NCBI GenBank assembly: GCA_002404995.1
Contig: DHKY01000006.1
Span: forward strand, 144,520 to 208,519
DNA from: Bacillales bacterium UBA4682
GTDB lineage: Bacteria > Bacillota_I > Bacilli_A > RFN20 > CAG-288
Reading direction: 5' to 3'
DNA: 64,000 nucleotides
Within the stretch, counting starts at the first letter, position 1. Each line of letters begins with the position of its first letter. Below are positions 57,037 through 64,000 of the stretch, piece by piece. A model generated the notes under the pieces. The model was given only the letters and a program-made list of their open reading frames with translations. It was not told the origin of the DNA and ran no database searches. The position numbers and the translations under genes were made by a program.

Positions 57037-58674
57037 ATGAATCAGGCTATTTTCAGTAAGTTCAAAGAATCCTTAAGGGCTATTTTCCCGAGGATTATCT
57101 TAATTCTTGTTTTTGGTCTTTCAATTCCCGGTTTTTCCTTTGAAGGAGCAAACGGAGGTAAATTCGGTCCTGTTACCTTGTCTCTCATCCTATCTTCCGT
57201 TCCGCTCATTCTTGGAACAACCTTCTTTTCCTTAGGTGTTGATAAATCTATCGCTAAGATCGGTGAGGTCGTCGGAACTACTCTGACCAAGCGGAAGAGC
57301 TTAGTCATGCTTTTGGTTGTTGCCTTATTGATGGGCTTCCTTGCTACAAGGGCTGAACCAGATCTCTCTGTCTTGGCTAGCCGTATTTCCCCTAACGGAC
57401 CTTCTTGGCCCTTGATTAGGATTTCTGCAGCTGGCGTTGGCATTTTCCTTCTTATCGGAATCCTTCGTATTGTCTATGACAAGAGCAGGAAATACTGGCT
57501 TTCCATTGGTTACGGACTTGTCTTCCTCTTAGGATGCATGGCAAATAAGTCTTTCTTTACTCTTTGCTTTGATTCCGGAGGAAGGACCACTGGTGTCGTG
57601 ACGGTTCCTTTTATCATTTCTAGGGGTGTTGGGGTTGCAAATACTCTTGGCGGAGAAAAGGCAGAGGATGATTCTTTTGGCTTCTCGGGCCTATGTTCTC
57701 TAGGAACGGTCTTAGCTTGCAGGATTTTCTCCTTGTTAAGGCAGGACAAAGGAATTCTTTCGATTCAGGATGTCTTAGCGAAGAAGAGGAATCTTGTTAA
57801 TGGTACGGATTCTATCAGGCATACGATTCCTACCTACTTAGACAGGGGAAAACTCTATCTTGCAAACTTCCTGGAATCGAGGAAGAACGTTATCATTTCA
57901 ATGCTTCCGATTATGGCATTCTTTGTCATTTTCAATTTTTATGCCAAGATCAAAGGAAAGGCGTTAGGTTCCGTTGTCATCGGCTTTGCCTATGACTTTA
58001 TCGGATTAGTTCTATTCTTCTTAGGTGCAGAATCCGGACTTAGGCCTGCCGCTGTTCAGCTTGGCAAGTACTTCGCCTCTTCACCGAATCAGCTCTGGCT
58101 CTTCTTGATCAGGGGCGGACTGAGCGGATTCATTGCCAGGCTTGCTGAGCCTGCGGTCCATGTCTTGGCTGAGAATGTCAGCGAAGTCAGCCGAGGCGCT
58201 ATTTCCCATCGGACCATTTATCTTGCCTTGTGTGCAGCGACTGCTGGTGCAATCCTGATTAATATTATTCGTGTCCACTTCTCAATTTCCTTTGTGGTTG
58301 TGATTGCTGTTCTTTACCTGATTGCTCTTGCTCTTTCCTTCCTTACTCCTGAGATCTATGTCGGTATTTCCATCGATGCTGCCGGTGTTGCAACTGGTAC
58401 TATGGCAAGCTGCTTCTTCAGGCCTAGGTTTATCGGATATACGGCCTATCTTTATCAGAACGAAACGAACTTTGGACAATTGGTCAGGGAAAACGGATTC
58501 GGTGTTGTCGGCATTATGGCGACCAGGCCGATTATCGCTGTTGAACTGGTTGGTATCTTTGCTAAGAGGAAGCAGAAGTATCTCTATGCCAAGGCTCTCA
58601 AGACAATCGGCGAAGAAGACGATGGACAGATTGTCCATATCTCTTGGGAGAGGAAAAAGGAGGCCGCGAAATGA
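57037..58674 (+). CDS. polytopic membrane protein, DUF1538-like (double-length)
   Basis: 545 aa with at least 10 hydrophobic segments. Assigned from overall resemblance and from the downstream P-II-like pair, an association I recall from annotated Firmicute genomes. Confidence 0.6.
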   Translation: MNQAIFSKFKESLRAIFPRIILILVFGLSIPGFSFEGANGGKFGPVTLSLILSSVPLILGTTFFSLGVDKSIAKIGEVVGTTLTKRKSLVMLLVVALLMGFLATRAEPDLSVLASRISPNGPSWPLIRISAAGVGIFLLIGILRIVYDKSRKYWLSIGYGLVFLLGCMANKSFFTLCFDSGGRTTGVVTVPFIISRGVGVANTLGGEKAEDDSFGFSGLCSLGTVLACRIFSLLRQDKGILSIQDVLAKKRNLVNGTDSIRHTIPTYLDRGKLYLANFLESRKNVIISMLPIMAFFVIFNFYAKIKGKALGSVVIGFAYDFIGLVLFFLGAESGLRPAAVQLGKYFASSPNQLWLFLIRGGLSGFIARLAEPAVHVLAENVSEVSRGAISHRTIYLALCAATAGAILINIIRVHFSISFVVVIAVLYLIALALSFLTPEIYVGISIDAAGVATGTMASCFFRPRFIGYTAYLYQNETNFGQLVRENGFGVVGIMATRPIIAVELVGIFAKRKQKYLYAKALKTIGEEDDGQIVHISWERKKEAAK

Positions 58675-59114
58675 TTTTCAAAATTAAGAAGAAAACCATC
58701 GCTAAGAAAAAAGAGGCCGGAGAGATTCCTTTCGAAAAACAGAATGCAGTTGCTCCGCTGGTTCTCTTTTTCACGGTAATCGGGCGGAACCAGGCAAATT
58801 ATTTTGTAGATGCCTATAACAAAGCAGGAGCCTCCAGGAGTCTTGTTCTCTTCGCTCATTCGATGCCACCTCAGGAAGTCAGGAATATCCTTGGGGCAGA
58901 TAACAGGAAGAAGGAAATCGTCAGGACTATCTGCCGATATGACCAGATCGAGAAGAGGAAGAAGATTGCTTTGGATCGCTTCAAGATCTCACAGGCTGCC
59001 AAAGGCGTTGCCTTCGCGGCACCGATTGATTCGGTCAGTTCTCTTGCCGTTTATAAATTCTTATCCGATTATAATCATGTCAGGGAGAAGGAAAATGGAA
59101 ACCCAGAAAAATAA
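58671..59114 (+). CDS. P-II-like protein (divergent)
   Basis: The ATG at 58671 overlaps the upstream stop (ATGA) and has an AAAAAGGAGG RBS. LVLFFTVIGRNQANYFVDAYNKAGASRSLVLFAHS fits a P-II-like beta-alpha-beta start. Confidence 0.6.
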   Translation: MIFKIKKKTIAKKKEAGEIPFEKQNAVAPLVLFFTVIGRNQANYFVDAYNKAGASRSLVLFAHSMPPQEVRNILGADNRKKEIVRTICRYDQIEKRKKIALDRFKISQAAKGVAFAAPIDSVSSLAVYKFLSDYNHVREKENGNPEK

Positions 59115-59430
59115 AGAACTTGTTCTCGCTATCGTCAACAAAGGAAATACGGATTTAGTCAGGGAAGCTGCCAGAAAAGCAGGATCAAGAGGCGGGACCA
59201 TCACAGGCGCTCGCGGAACTGCCAATCCTAAGCTTGTCGAGGCTTACGGAATCTCGATTCAGCCAGAGAAGGAAATTGTCTTTATTGTCGTGGACAGTGA
59301 AATCAAGGACAAGGTCAGGAAGCAGATCTATGAGGATGCTGGCCTTTCCACGAAAGGAAGGGGAATTATTCTCTCGCTTCCGATTATTGATTCTGTCGGA
59401 CTTCTTCCATCGGAAGAAGAAAAAGAATAA
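59095..59430 (+). CDS. P-II family (GlnB-like fold) protein
   Basis: ELVLAIVNKGNTDLV[M]EAARKAGSRGGTITGARG...KEIVFIVVDSEIKDKV...GRGIILSLPI. Starts at the ATG at 59095 after GGAGAAGG. The track's 58810 start runs through an alternative frame of the previous gene. Confidence 0.75.
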   Translation: METQKNKELVLAIVNKGNTDLVREAARKAGSRGGTITGARGTANPKLVEAYGISIQPEKEIVFIVVDSEIKDKVRKQIYEDAGLSTKGRGIILSLPIIDSVGLLPSEEEKE

Positions 59431-59437
59431 GTAATCA

Positions 59438-59475
59438 AAAAGGCTGCTATTGGTGTAGGTAGCAGCCTTTTTCTA
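59438..59475 (+). terminator. rho-independent terminator after the P-II-like genes
   Basis: aaaaggctgct...agcagccttt followed by ttt. Confidence 0.8.
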
Positions 59476-59491
59476 TGCAAGAAATTAGTAG

Positions 59492-59520
59492 CAAAAAACG
59501 TCCAGTTGCCTGGACGTTTT
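59492..59520 (-). terminator. rho-independent terminator after tRNA-Lys
   Basis: acgtccag-ttgc-ctggacgt, with a T6 run on the minus strand. Confidence 0.75.
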
Positions 59521-59525
59521 GTTTC

Positions 59526-59601
59526 TGGTGGATCTTAAGGGACTCGAACCCTTGGCCCACTGATTAAGAGTCAGTTGCTCTACCGACTGAGCTAAAGATC
59601 C
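59526..59601 (-). tRNA. tRNA-Lys (anticodon CUU), CCA encoded
   Basis: Reverse complement GGATCTT-TA-GCTC-AGTCGGTA-GAGC-A-ACTGA-CTCTTAA-TCAGT-GGGCC-AAGGG-TTCGAGT-CCCTT-AAGATCC-A-CCA. It folds as a complete cloverleaf with a 7-bp acceptor stem. CTT lies at anticodon-loop positions 34-36. Confidence 0.93.
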
Positions 59602-59691
59602 AAATAGCTATTTCTAGCGCTTGTTAATTATATTGCTTTGTATTTTCTAATGCAAGGAATTTTTTGTTTTCTCTATCAGAAACACCAAGAA

Positions 59692-60573
59692 TCAGCTTTC
59701 TTTTACTGCTTTTTGATAGGAAGGAAGTTGTTCTATTCTTTCTTTTGAAACGGAGAGAGAACCTTCTTTGTTTGTCCTGCAGGGCATTTTTCTTAGTAGG
59801 GAGATGAATTCTTTTGGAAGCTTTGAGTCTGCAAAGGAAAGGTATTCTTCTGGAATCTCTTTGTAGTATGCGGATGCGATTGCAAGACTCCTAGCGCCGA
59901 TGGTATCGGCATCTCCTCCGATATAGCAGACACTATGCAGGCACTCTTGGAAACTGTTTGTCTGAAAGAAGCAAAACAATGCTTCTGGAACGCTTTCTTC
60001 TGCTTTGGCGGTATGAAAATAGGTTGCATGAAGAACATCAAAACGGAAGGAAAGAAAATCAGGATAATAGGAAAGAGCAAAGACTTTCCTTTGTTCTTTT
60101 CTGCACCCGTTTAATGCAAGGTAGATTAAATCTGCGATGAGACAGCCTGCCTTGATTCCTTCTCTGGAATCATGGGTCAAGGAAGTGATGGATAAAGCGA
60201 GTCTGTCACACTCTTCTAAAGAAGAGGAAAAATAACTGACTGGGGATATCCGCCTTCCGGCTCCGTTTCCGTAGGAATGATAAGATTCCCTATTGGGATG
60301 GTCTAGCCATTGCTGGAACTTGTTTCCGAATCCGCCTTTTTTAGGAGGATACTTTTTTGCAAAAGAACGCCTTGAGGAGGCAACGTCTGTTTTGGACTGT
60401 AGTGCCGATAGGACTGCAATTGTCCTAACCGTATCATCGGTGTAGTCCCTGTTCTCATATAAAAGAGGAGATTTAAGAGAAGGTGCTTTCTCGCTTGGCA
60501 GAGAGGAAAACTCATAGGCAGATCCATAAATGTCACCGATAACAGCACCATAAATCAGAAAAGAAGAGCTCAT
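59692..60573 (-). CDS. ADP-ribosylglycohydrolase family protein
   Basis: N-terminal GAVIGDIYGSAYEF and C-terminal GGDADTIGA motifs. The ATG overlaps the upstream ATPase stop (ATGA). Confidence 0.8.
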   Translation of the reverse strand: MSSSFLIYGAVIGDIYGSAYEFSSLPSEKAPSLKSPLLYENRDYTDDTVRTIAVLSALQSKTDVASSRRSFAKKYPPKKGGFGNKFQQWLDHPNRESYHSYGNGAGRRISPVSYFSSSLEECDRLALSITSLTHDSREGIKAGCLIADLIYLALNGCRKEQRKVFALSYYPDFLSFRFDVLHATYFHTAKAEESVPEALFCFFQTNSFQECLHSVCYIGGDADTIGARSLAIASAYYKEIPEEYLSFADSKLPKEFISLLRKMPCRTNKEGSLSVSKERIEQLPSYQKAVKES

Positions 60574-63191
60574 TTTTCCTTCTTTTCAGGAACTGCTTTT
60601 TTCTCTTTGAAGTTGAAGTCGAAAGCGTACCTGAGAGCCTTGATCCAGGAAACGGATCCTGCTGCATAGATGCCTAGCCTTAACCACATCGTCTTGCTCC
60701 TGGTACGGAAGTCGATACCAATCAAAGAGACAGCCCTGTTCGTATCTCCGGTTGGGATAAACGGCAGGACGAAAACGGCAAAATTGAAGACGATAAAGAC
60801 AATAAAGAACCTCAATCCGCGATACCAGTGTTCCTTTAAGGGGACCATCGGAGAGAAGCAGTTGAAGGACATGGATAAGCCGACAACAGCCAGCGATAAC
60901 ACGTTGAATGTCGTAAACCTGAATTGGCTATTACTTGTCCTAACACCATTGGTATTCCATTCTAGTTCAAGGAAATTCCCAGAATAAGCGAGAATATAGT
61001 TAAGGCTAAGAACTACGACCCTTAAAATAGCTGCTGGTATAGCACGCTGGAGTGTGTTCCGTGTGAAGTGGCCGGTGATAACGCTTTCGTTCTTCTGAAG
61101 AGCTAAGAACAGGGAAGAGAGACCAATACAGACCGACTCGAGAATCAGCCTGTTCTTTGTCGTGAACGGATAATCAATGCCATGTCCGTTGTTGAGATAG
61201 GTGAATAAGACAATGATGGTGAAAATGATTGTGAACCTTGTCTTCCTTAAATACAAAGCACTGGAACGCTGGACGTTATTGACGGCACGGCGTCCTTCTC
61301 CGACAGCAGCTGGCCTAGAGGCAAAATTCGAATCCAGCAGAACCCTATGGGCAGCATTGCGGGCGGCAGACGATCCATTTGCCATAGCAACAGAACAATC
61401 TGCTGTTTTCCTAGCTAAGATGTCATTAACGCCATCGCCTGTCCTTCCGACAGTCTTGCCCTGCTTTTTAAGCGTTTGGATGATCAAGGCCTTCTGTTCT
61501 GGTGTCACACGCCCGAAGACAGTGTATTTATCCACAATTTGAGAAACTTCAATATCGGATAATCCTTCGAGGGAGACACATTTTTCAGCATTAGGAACTT
61601 TGCATTTTTTAGCAATTTCGCCAGCTGTCAGAGGATTATCACCAGAGATGATTTTGATGTCGACACCATTATCTGTAAACCACTTGATGGTTTCTGGTGC
61701 CTGTTCGCGAATATGATCTTCTAATGTAAAGACTGCAATCGGAGAGATTTTTCCTTTTACCCCGTCATCCCTGATCTGGCCATCGACTTTGCAGATCCTG
61801 ACGACACGATAGCCTTCCTGCTGTTTCTTTTCGATGTAGGATGTCCTCGTCTTATCTCGTCCTTTGTAGAGATATTCGGGAGCACCGAGAATGAAGACAC
61901 CAATATCCTTGAACTCAACAGCAGAATATTTGCGAGAAGAAGAGAACGGAAGCTTGTTGATACTTGTATAAGTGTTTTTTAATGGGAAACGCTGAGAAAG
62001 AGCAATAGAAGTTTGGTTGTTTTCCTGGAATGCACTTAAATAGGAACCGACAAGATCATCCCTGTTGTAGGTGCCGTCAATCAAAAGCCTTTCATCGACT
62101 TTCCTTGTACCATCGGTTAAGGTTCCTGTCTTATCAAGACAGAGCGTGTTGGCACGGGCGAGCCTTTCCACGGAATAGATGTCTTGGACCATCCTGTTCT
62201 TCTTGGAAAGATGGACAACGGAACTAGCTAAGGCAACGGAGACAAGGAGGTACCTTCCAGCTGGAATCCTTCCGACCATGCTTCCGGCAGTAGCGGAAAT
62301 CGTGTTTCCGACTAGGTTCCAGGCATCTAATCCTTGATGGGAATTATTTAAGAACTGTGTGATGAATGTCAGGATTCCAAGCGGAATGATGATTAGGGAA
62401 ATAACTTTAATAATAGAGTTCAAGGAGCGAAGAAGCTCGGATTTTGGCTTGTTCCTGATTTTTGCTTTGTTCTGTATGGAGGAGGCATAATTGTATTCAC
62501 CGACTAGGATGGCTTGTGCTTTGCAAGATCCGGAAACAACAAAGGAGCCGGCAAAAATTTTGTCTCCGATTCGTTTCTTGATTGGAAGAGATTCACCAGT
62601 CAGCAAAGATTCGTTGACTTCGATTTTGCCATCCCTGACGATAGAGTCGGTCGGAACTTGGTCTCCGTTCTTGATTTCATAAATGTCATCCAGAACGAGG
62701 TCGTTTACATTGATTCCGGATTCTTTTCCGGACCGAATGACTTTGACGTTTTCACTGGAAATCAGTTTAAGCTTTGCAATAGTTTTCTTTGCTTTCAGCT
62801 CTTGGATAATACCGATTAAAGTGTTGACGATGGCAATGACTAGGAAGGTAAGTTCCTGCCAATGGCCGACAACAATTAAAGCAATCGCAATAGCGACAAG
62901 AAGCCTGTTGAAAAAAGTAAAGACGTTCTCACGGATTATCTGCCAGACTGTCTTGGAATTGTCTTTGACGCTATTGACAAGATGATGTGGATCATTGATC
63001 CGCTTCAGCACTTGCTCGTTGGTCAGACCCCTGTTTAAATCAGGATTGTAACGTTCTACTTCCTGCGGAATCTGCTTTACATCCAGACCCGGTTTGACTT
63101 CGGCTGGATTCTGACTTAGCTCATCCGAAAGCGGATTGAGCCTATCGATTTCGGTTGTCTCTTCTTTTTTCTTTGGCTTTTTTACTAACAT
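60570..63191 (-). CDS. cation-translocating P-type ATPase (type II-like, ion unknown)
   Basis: Motifs [18 protein letters not shown], [M][10 protein letters not shown][M]K and VLLDSNF. Ten hydrophobic segments. Its start overlaps the tdk stop. Confidence 0.92.
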   Translation of the reverse strand: MLVKKPKKKEETTEIDRLNPLSDELSQNPAEVKPGLDVKQIPQEVERYNPDLNRGLTNEQVLKRINDPHHLVNSVKDNSKTVWQIIRENVFTFFNRLLVAIAIALIVVGHWQELTFLVIAIVNTLIGIIQELKAKKTIAKLKLISSENVKVIRSGKESGINVNDLVLDDIYEIKNGDQVPTDSIVRDGKIEVNESLLTGESLPIKKRIGDKIFAGSFVVSGSCKAQAILVGEYNYASSIQNKAKIRNKPKSELLRSLNSIIKVISLIIIPLGILTFITQFLNNSHQGLDAWNLVGNTISATAGSMVGRIPAGRYLLVSVALASSVVHLSKKNRMVQDIYSVERLARANTLCLDKTGTLTDGTRKVDERLLIDGTYNRDDLVGSYLSAFQENNQTSIALSQRFPLKNTYTSINKLPFSSSRKYSAVEFKDIGVFILGAPEYLYKGRDKTRTSYIEKKQQEGYRVVRICKVDGQIRDDGVKGKISPIAVFTLEDHIREQAPETIKWFTDNGVDIKIISGDNPLTAGEIAKKCKVPNAEKCVSLEGLSDIEVSQIVDKYTVFGRVTPEQKALIIQTLKKQGKTVGRTGDGVNDILARKTADCSVAMANGSSAARNAAHRVLLDSNFASRPAAVGEGRRAVNNVQRSSALYLRKTRFTIIFTIIVLFTYLNNGHGIDYPFTTKNRLILESVCIGLSSLFLALQKNESVITGHFTRNTLQRAIPAAILRVVVLSLNYILAYSGNFLELEWNTNGVRTSNSQFRFTTFNVLSLAVVGLSMSFNCFSPMVPLKEHWYRGLRFFIVFIVFNFAVFVLPFIPTGDTNRAVSLIGIDFRTRSKTMWLRLGIYAAGSVSWIKALRYAFDFNFKEKKAVPEKKEK

Positions 63192-63784
63192 TCGAATTTA
63201 TCCTTTGGTTTTCCTGGCACCTGATGATGCTTCCGGCAACGTGCTTCATAGGATTCTTTTGCCCCGACCCTGATGACAGGATCGGTATAGTGAGCAGGAG
63301 ATCCGTTTACTAAACGCTGTGTCCGCGTTGCTGCACAGCCACAGACTGTGCAGGCTGCAGTCAGCTTCGTTACGATTTCTGCTTGTGCTAAGAGCTTTGG
63401 CATTGGACCAAAGGGCTCTCCACGGAAATCCATGTCTAATCCTGCAACGATGACACGCCTTCCCCTGTTTGCAAAGTGATTGCAGAGGTCTGCTACATCT
63501 TCTCCGAAAAATTGAACTTCATCGATGGCAACTACCTGTGTGTCTTTTGTGACGGTTTTTGCGATATCATCGACTGTTTTTACGGCGTAGGCTTCCCATT
63601 TTGCACCATTGTGTGATGCAATAGCTGTCTTATCGTAGCGGTTATCGATGGCAGGTTTGAATGCCCTTATTTTCTGATTCGCATAGGATAAAGTTTTTAC
63701 TCTTCGTATGAGCTCTTCGCTTTTCCCTGCAAACCTTGGTCCGCAGATAACTTCTATCCAGCCTTTTTGTAATTCTTGATACAT
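63185..63784 (-). CDS. tdk: thymidine kinase
   Basis: Motifs GP[M][21 protein letters not shown] and zinc-site CxxC...RCRKHH. The ATG at 63784 gives about 200 aa. The track's upstream extension is not homologous to Tdk. Confidence 0.93.
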   Translation of the reverse strand: MYQELQKGWIEVICGPRFAGKSEELIRRVKTLSYANQKIRAFKPAIDNRYDKTAIASHNGAKWEAYAVKTVDDIAKTVTKDTQVVAIDEVQFFGEDVADLCNHFANRGRRVIVAGLDMDFRGEPFGPMPKLLAQAEIVTKLTAACTVCGCAATRTQRLVNGSPAHYTDPVIRVGAKESYEARCRKHHQVPGKPKDKFEC

Positions 63785-64000
63785 GATGATGTGCCTCACA
63801 CAATTACTAAAGTATATCATAGAACTAATCTTTAAGTGCCAAATGAAAAAACTCAAGATGACTAGTGTTATGTTTAAATAATGTGTATTGGAAAATTATA
63901 GTCTGTATTGCAGGAATATGATTTTGAACAGATAAAAAAGTTAAAAATAAGTTGATAATCAAAATTCTAATAGCTATAATAACGATAAATAGGAGAATTA

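Noticed and set aside
58810-59094. Upstream extension of the P-II-like ORF (track start 58810)
   Set aside because: The extension overlaps the better-supported frame of 58671..59114 and encodes an Arg/Ser-rich stretch. The ATG at 59095 has an RBS and gives a normal P-II length.
1-64000. AGG read as Leu, Ile or another generic hydrophobic residue instead of Met
   Set aside because: The diagnostic sites (FSGGMRQR, GPMF.GKS, VTMQK, GTMSP, IAMYL, HMDT) are specifically Met in the canonical families, not merely hydrophobic. Only a genome-wide tally or proteomics can settle this formally.

Overview
This window is the replication-origin region of a moderately AT-rich Bacilli/Mollicutes-like chromosome. 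It is probably from an anaerobe, since it encodes a superoxide reductase. dnaA (16916..18277) and dnaN (18664..19824) are flanked by dense TTATCCACA DnaA-box clusters. Gene orientation switches there, mostly minus strand to the left and plus strand to the right up to about 47.4 kb.

Gene content, left to right:
- the 3' end of an RHS/YD polymorphic toxin with two paralogous immunity-like genes
- a minus-strand ABC importer operon (binding lipoprotein, fused permease, ATPase, ROK-like kinase)
- a Phd/YefM-PIN toxin-antitoxin pair
- prs, ispE, thiamine pyrophosphokinase and a CDF transporter
- oriC with dnaA and dnaN
- an MFS transporter, a GH2 glycosidase, a 1040-aa coiled-coil protein and pepT
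- a 1381-aa S8 cell-envelope protease
- an expanded oppABCDF locus plus an extra lipoprotein
- rpmE, a 973-aa orphan protein, a superoxide reductase, metG and pyrG
- a NERD protein and a GntR/TrkA-C regulator
- a DUF1538 plus two P-II-like genes cluster
- tRNA-Lys(CUU)
- an overlapping tdk / P-type ATPase / ADP-ribosylglycohydrolase operon

The main result is that AGG codons sit at invariant methionine positions in many unrelated conserved families. Conserved arginines use AGA or CGN. TGA, TAA and TAG all act as stops. AGG therefore appears to be read as Met. The supplied standard-code ORF track shows R wherever the protein most likely has M; I write these positions as [M] below.

Secondary observations:
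- large coiled-coil insertions inside three ABC ATPases
- a Cys-containing C-terminal anchor on the protease
- a duplicated degenerate HNH-like module in the coiled-coil protein
- a helicase-like protein without a P-loop

I found no rRNA, CRISPR array or transposase. All homology calls come from motif recognition by eye, not from database searches.
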